A DNA stretch of 64,000 nt. Source: the human T2T-CHM13v2.0 reference genome, Homo sapiens. Within the stretch, counting starts at the first letter, position 1, and each line of letters opens with the position of its first letter. The notes beneath the pieces are model-generated. The model made no database searches. It was not told where the DNA came from and saw only the letters and a list, made by a program, of their open reading frames with translations. Below are positions 56,434 to 64,000 of this stretch, piece after piece. A program made the position numbers and the translations under genes. Location: NCBI RefSeq assembly GCF_009914755.1, contig NC_060937.1; one strand, 5' to 3'.

Positions 56434-56452
56434 TCTCCACCAGATGGCAGAA
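56434..56452 (+). promoter_or_regulatory. Candidate CTCF site
   Basis: TCTCCACCAGATGGCAGAA fits the core CCA(C/G)(C/T)AG(A/G)(G/T)GGC(A/G). Confidence 0.5.
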
Positions 56453-56906
56453 GAAGGGCCAGGATATTGACCCTGAAATTTTTTTTGATTCTTAGATATT
56501 AAATATGAGATGGTATCAAAGGTTGGAAGTGAACATTTAAATATATTCCCATAAATTTATGTTTATTATAAAATCATAAAGCCATTTATGATTTATTATT
56601 TATTATTTCATTATAAAATATATTTCCTACAGAGAAATATCTTGAAATAAATAAAGGGTGTGGAAAACTTTGATACTGTGTCAAAGGTTAAAAGTTAAGC
56701 CAGGCATTTTAGACCAGGGGATGTATTAATACTTTCTCTGATATCCTTACGAAATGGGCAGTGGGACAGAGAACCACTTAGTGAAAGTTTTTTTACCCAT
56801 CCTCCTTTTGCACCTGGAAATGTAAATAAGAAAGATGTATGGATATAAAAGATGGTGTTTTATCCAATGCTGCAATGGCTCTGGGCCTTATAAGAATTGC
56901 ATTCCC

Positions 56907-57239
<333 letters not shown>

Positions 57240-57841
57240 TTATTTTGAGGATAAACTCTTAAAATTTATCTCACAGGGTAAAGTGTGTAAGAAAATTAAA
57301 AGGGGTAGTCAGGGACCTGAGGGCCATCAGCCAACACAAAGAAGAGTCTGAATTCTTAGAGCTGGTGAATGTTTAACATCTTGGCATTGTTCAGGGTTGC
57401 CCAAGTTTATTTAGTAAGTTCTTAAATAAATGGAGAAGAATGTTTTATTACTCTCATATAAATGGATTTAAAAGAGAGATCTAAAAAAGACAGTTTGTTT
57501 CAGCCAGAAAACAACTTCATTCATATTCTCATTGGTATTTCTCTCATCCATATCTAAAAACCAAAGCACTTCTCATGGATTTACATAGTCTGTCTTTTGA
57601 GATAAATGGTCATTAGATGACAATTTAGAGAGAAAAGGAGTGAGGTGAAAGAGATTGTTTTGAGAGTATCCTTTTTAGGCAATAACATGCATACTAGGAA
57701 TGAAAAATTAATTTTAAGACAGTGGTTTTAAGATTTCTTAATCCATATTTGAGTAGTATATTTTAGGAAGTATACACACACATATGATATTTTACTGCAC
57801 AGCCTCTGGGTTTTCTGAGGCCCTGGCTTAACCCTTTTCTA

Positions 57842-57855
57842 GTTGCCATGGCTAC
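57842..57855. promoter_or_regulatory. Candidate RFX X-box
   Basis: GTTGCCATGGCTAC versus palindrome GTTGCCATGGCAAC (13/14). Confidence 0.4.
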
Positions 57856-59179
57856 GAGGACACAAATACAACATCCATACCATGAGCTGGATCTATGAGG
57901 AAGAATTTCCAACTGTATACATAGTATGTGTATTTGACCCAAGCTTTTCAGAAAGAATTTGACACAATTTTAAATGTAGTAAATTGTCTGTGTGAGTCAT
58001 ACAATGGAAATAGCGTATGCAGCTAGGAAAATGTAGTCTCATAAATGAACCAAGGGGAAAATAACATTGGAACCCCGTTCTCTCTAAAACCTCCATCTTG
58101 CCTTCCCTCATCTCTTCCTGATGTAAAGAATGTCATAGAAAACTTGAAGAAAATCATTCTAAGCTTTTATTTTTTTCTTTTTAAAGTTCAAGCCTAAAAT
58201 AAATGATTATTTTCAAGCAAATCATAAATCTGTAATCTGAGATACTGGTCTTGCAAAAACACTTCAACGCTTCCAATTACTGGCTGTAAACTGCTTTTCT
58301 AAAAACCCTCTTAAATGTTCACTCTGCATTCTGAAAGAAGAACACAGACTGAAATTTCATCGCCATTTGCTCTGATTCCTAACTAAGGTGCTCCTCACAC
58401 AGAATCTCCAGGAAGCAGAGATGGATGGGTAGATTTTACAATGGAGAGAGGACCGGTCCACTCTCAAAGTTCCATCCTGGACATTGAATAGCATCTTGGG
58501 AGGAACCAAAATGGGATCCCACTCTGGGTAAGACATGATAACACCAGCAGTGAGATTCCTGTGGATAGGGGAGTTTTCTTGGGCAGGGGTGAAGAGATAC
58601 AGAAGAAAAGCAGGGAAGTGTGAATGCTAGGGATACAAAGAGAAGCCCCGGCAGGGAGCCTCACACAGATGCTTAATAAATGCTTTTTGATTTGACTGAA
58701 TGATCAAAGTGTGGTGTTAGCGTCAAGCAGTCTTAGCACCATCGCATATAAATGCCTTTGGCAATCCACATGTCGGTTTATCTGGGGGCGGGGGTCAGGC
58801 TGTCGGAAGGGTTGCTGTGCCCTTGCTTGATGTGAGTGGGCAGCCAGGGCCAGCCGTGGGAAGGGATTGAATCGTGGCGTCCTGTTCTTGCAACAGCCAC
58901 ATTCCTCATCGGAAGCTTGTACTGAGTGTTTGTCCTGCAAGCAGGAGCAGTCTGGGTGCATTTTTGAGATTCTGTGGGAGTTGCTGCAACTCAGACCCTC
59001 GGTTTTCTGATGTCCAAAAGAAGGGCGATAGTAAACAAGTAATAAGTAATAGTATTTGTTTATGTACATAACTTAACTCATAAAATCGTGCGATGATTTT
59101 AAAAAAAAGCTTTAAACAGCAGATATAAAAAGATAAGGTCCTTTTCATCAGAGGGTCCTGCTAGAATCTTTTCAGGAGG

Positions 59180-59345
59180 TAGGAGGCGGCATAGCTGAGT
59201 GGAAAGAATGTTGACCTGATGGGCCAGAGAAACAAATTCATTTCCCAGTTGAGCATAAACAGTTGTGAGACCTTGAGCCTCTCAGCCTTTCTGGGTTCCA
59301 ACTTTCTCATCTGCAAATTTAAGGTGCTGGTCTAGAAGATCTTCC
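59180..59345 (+). mobile_element. MIR fragment
   Basis: GTGGAAAGAATG...TGTGAGACCTTGAGC...TTTCTCATCTGCAAA. Confidence 0.6.
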
Positions 59346-59847
59346 ACTTCATGTTTTATTATCCTACAGAGAATTAAGAAAGGAATTGAGAGCCTAGTTT
59401 CCCTGGGGAGGTCAGTTTTACTTCTGAGGCCCTCAGATAGCCCTCTAGACGTCTGGCTAAAGGACAGAGGCATTTACATTCACATTTTCAGGTTGTATTT
59501 GGGAAATCGGACTAAGGAACAATACATTTCACATGCTCAGAAGCACAACCCCAGGTTAAGAAGGAGAGGAAGGCACTGCCTTACAGCAAACATCCACCTT
59601 ATCTCGACCCCTAACCTCTCCTGGCCACATACCCCTGTCTAGATGAGCCACTCGGGATGGCCAGTGACCAAATAGCATGTGCAAAAGGAGTGGGGACTGG
59701 TGGGTAGTGGGGAGGAGAAAGAGAGAAAAGACTTTTCTGGACCCGTGGTAAATATGATTTCCTTGGTACTGAATGGAAAAGAATAAGCACTGCTTTTGAT
59801 TACTCAAGTCCAACTTTCAAGAGTTTCAACAACTTCAGTGGGAAAAA

Positions 59848-59985
59848 GTATGCATATGTGTGTATGTATGTAATGTATGTATATATGTGTGTATATGCAT
59901 ATACATGCACAGACATATGTATACACAACACATAAATACATATGTGTGCAAAGCATATATATATACACATACACCTGTATGTTTA
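59848..59985. repeat. Degenerate (TA/TG/CA)n low-complexity tract
   Basis: Alternating purine-pyrimidine runs. Confidence 0.7.
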
Positions 59986-60965
59986 TAAATTTATATTAAA
60001 AATCTTAGGAATGGCCTCATCTTCTCACCAGTGGTCTCTTCTCTCTGTTTCTACATCTTAGTCTCTCCCCATAAGACATATACCCAGTGAAATTCAGACT
60101 GAAATGTACAGAACTCTCTTCTAGATATTCTTCTTGGTGCAAACACTCCCTCGGTCCATATCCCTGTCCTTGTGCCCCCATCATCATAAAAAACAGGGAC
60201 AGAATTTGAGAATTCTAACAGTTTGGGAAACTGTAAATGCCCACCCTTTTTGCATTTGCCACTGTTTCCATGACAAATTTTTTTCTCAGGAGAAAAGAAC
60301 ATTTCTAAAAGATCAAAATTAAATCACTTTGCAGACTCAAAAAAGGATGGTGGCTCTGGGGAAGTATTAACATGAAATAACACTATTTGTATCTAAAATC
60401 ATTTATACCATGCATAAAATTCTCCCAGCATTTCAAATTTGCTAAGTTTAAAGTTCAGTCTTCTTCTTGTGTGTTTCTTTCTATTGGCACAGAATACAAA
60501 AGGGAGAATAGCTTTTGAACTCTCCGGTGATGTAACAAAATCTGATTTCATTGATGAGGATCATTGCTGAGTGAGGTATTTTGTGCTGAAAAAGTAATTG
60601 CTAGTTTGACATAGAGAAGCCATATCTATATCTACACAAATGCATATATAGAATGAGTAATATACAGATGTGTGTATTTATGTATATCTGTGTGGATAGA
60701 TAGATTGATAGATGGATAGACTAATCCCCATTCAGACAAAAGTCCTCTTTGCCTTCCCTATATTATTCTTCAGTTATGTACACAAGGATTTCACTATCAT
60801 CAATCTACTTGCCAATTATTTCTATGTTTTATCATCAGTTTTGGTTTTCCTCCTAGAAACTGTTGTTAAATGATATGTGATGGATGCTATATAAGCAGAT
60901 ATTACTTATCAGCCTGGAGAGACAGGATTGGATATTTTTAGGAGATCTCATTAAGAATACATAGG

Positions 60966-60981
60966 CCACCACCACCACCAT

Positions 60982-61035
<54 letters not shown>

Positions 61036-61051
61036 ATATATATATATATAT
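60966..61051 (+). repeat. Compound microsatellite (CCA)5, (AC)24, (AT)9
   Basis: CCA x5 at 60966-60980; AC x24 at 60985-61032; AT x9 at 61034-61051. Confidence 0.95.
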
Positions 61052-61260
61052 CACTTTAACAGCAACAACAAAAATAACTCCCCTTTCCCAAGTCCTCGTC
61101 TTGTATTTCTCTGCCTGACCTTCCACTGAAACAATAAGATAATATTCTTATGGAATGGGATTCCCACTTGTGGCAATACCTTTATAGAGGGCATCAACAA
61201 CTGTGAATGAGTTCATCACAGTTTCTGGGCTCTGACAGAGAGGGACCAATAACGTGCTAC

Positions 61261-61707
61261 TGTCAACCAAAAAGTATCTGAGACAGGTCTAAATCAATTC
61301 AGAAGTTTACTTTGCCAAGGTTAAGGACAGGACCAGGAGAAAAGAACATGGAACCACAGAAACAGTCTATGATCTGTGCCTTTTTCCAGAGATGATTTTG
61401 AGGGTTTCAATATTTAAAGGAGGAAAGTGGGCACGAGTGGAAAGAGGAAGGGGATGGATGGTCACATTGCTGAATCCACATGTTGCAAGAGATAAAAAGC
61501 AGGTAGGAGAATAGGCAATTAATATTTGTTTCACATTCAGTAAATTGAGATAAGGTGAACATGGAGTAGCTACCCGTGGAGATCTTTAACCTTTTATCTG
61601 TAGCTGTCTGCTTAGGAACAAAAGGAAAGGCAGTTTCTTGCATGACTCAGCTTTCAGCTTAATTTTTTTCTTTTTGGCATAGTGAAAGTGTTAACTTTCC
61701 TTTCACA
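61261..61707 (-). mobile_element. Solo ERV1 LTR, MER4A1-like
   Basis: Minus strand begins TGTGAAAGGAAA; TATCTGAGACAGGTCT and GCATGACTCAGCTTTCAGC; flanks CTAC and CTAT (degenerate 4-bp TSD). Confidence 0.85.
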
Positions 61708-61720
61708 CTATGAACCACTA

Positions 61721-62480
<760 letters not shown>

Positions 62481-62729
62481 TTTCAAAATAATTATAACTT
62501 TCGTCAATTTATAATTTCCCAAGGATAATCACTATGCCCATATAACTATGGAAAAATTTTTGAAATATTTCTGGTTTGAGGGATGATAATTAAATGAATT
62601 TTATTCTAAGAAAATAATTGAACATCTGAAGGGAAACTATCTACAAAACAATTCTTAACATAAATAACCAACAATGAAGAAACAAAAAGTAAATTACAGC
62701 AGATTTGTGTTACAATGGACACACTTCAG

Positions 62730-64000
62730 AGAGATACACTATGCAAACAGTAACTAGAAGAAAGCTGAAATTATTGCCTTAATATCAGACAAAATAGATT
62801 TTCAGACAAAAAGTATTACTAGAGACAAAGAGACATTTAATAACAATAAAGGGATCAATACATCAAGAAGATGAAACAATTATAAATGTATAATTTATAA
62901 TACATAATTTATACAAAGCCCCAAAGTGCATGAAACAAAAACTGACAGAATTGGTAGTAGAAACAGTTGGAGTTATAGTTGGCATTATAGTTTGGAATTA
63001 TAGTTGGAGATTCACATACTCCTCTCTCATTAACTGATAAAACAACTAGAAAGATTTAAACAACAGTATCAATCAACCTGACCTAATTGACATATACAAG
63101 GTGCTCCACCACCAACAGCAGAATGCATATTCTTTTCAAGTACACATGGAAAAATTTCCAATATAGATTTTATGCTAGGCCATAAAGCAAGTAATAATAA
63201 ACTCAAGAGATCATTAAAATTTTAAAATTAAAAGATAATTAACTATGATTAAGTAGGATTCATTCCAGAGATGCAAGAATAGTTTAATATATGAGAAATC
63301 AATAAATGCAATGCATCACATTAACAGAAAGAAAGACAAAAACCGTATAATCATTTTAACGGAAACACAAAAACATTTGACAGAATTCAACATTCCTTCA
63401 TGATAAAAACTCTCAACAAATTGAGTATAGAAGATATGTACCCCAACACCATAAAGACCTATTCAGGATGAGCCTGGAGTATCTTATAGTGCAAGAAAGT
63501 AAGGAAGTGTCCAAAATACAAAAGCAAACATAAAGCAAACAAAACTCCACAATAAGGAAGGTATTATAAAGGAATACAGGAGCTAACTGAAGGCTCCCAA
63601 TGGCCAAAGCTGGAAAATTTTGAGCAAAAAATTAAATAAAGTAGCATGGGATTATAACTCAACATATAAAATAAATGTCCATGAGTCCATAATGATATAA
63701 ATAAAGAAATAAATGTGGTAAAAGGGACAAATCTCCCATGCAGAACAATTCCAAGTAATTCATGTGGATACGCCACCTTCAAAGAGATGAGATGGTGTGG
63801 TCTGCACACAGTCACTTCCTTCAGAAGAGCACAGTGTGAAAACAGGGAATAAAAGAATATCTTTCCATTGGAGAAAACTGCTGGACACCACCTCAGCCAG
63901 GTGATCAAAAACAACAGTGGTAAGTCATGTTCATCGAATGTATCCTTGACATGAGGAAAATGGTACTTTACCTCTGTGTTCTTCCTCTCCCAAACCTGTA
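62730..64000 (+). mobile_element. Old L1 (L1M; 3' region L1MD-like) with EN, RT and 3' UTR pieces, running off the window
   Basis: TAATATCAGACAAAATAGATT (EN); AAATCAATAAATG...CATGATAAAAACTCTCAACAAA (RT); CTCCCAATGGCCAAAGCTGGAA and CCACCTCAGCCAGGTGATCAA (L1MD-type 3' end). Confidence 0.8.

Overview
Primate (very probably human or great-ape) non-coding genomic DNA, intergenic or deep intronic. It holds about a dozen Alu/FLAM copies, a young L1PA, solo ERV1 and MaLR LTRs, MIR/L2/L3 relics and old DNA transposons. I find no credible cellular protein-coding gene, tRNA, rRNA or CRISPR array. The only ORFs with real protein homology are LINE-1 ORF2 fragments at 42.5-44.2 kb; the other supplied ORFs look like repeat-derived or chance frames. 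The best-supported oddities are: (1) an 84-bp copy of nearby unique DNA inserted between perfect 17-bp inverted repeats inside an MLT1B LTR; (2) a 5'-inverted twin-primed L1PA2/3-like insertion with a 15-bp TSD; (3) a solo LTR12 with six CCAAT boxes facing candidate + strand exons; (4) a 199-bp pure polypyrimidine tract; (5) closely spaced inverted Alus; (6) several regulatory motif clusters (MEF2/E-box/MEIS, RFX, CTCF, C-MARE, a CpG-retaining patch). Repeat subfamily names come from recalled consensus sequences, not from a search, and boundaries of old repeats are approximate. I see no convincing evidence for a novel multi-gene biological system.
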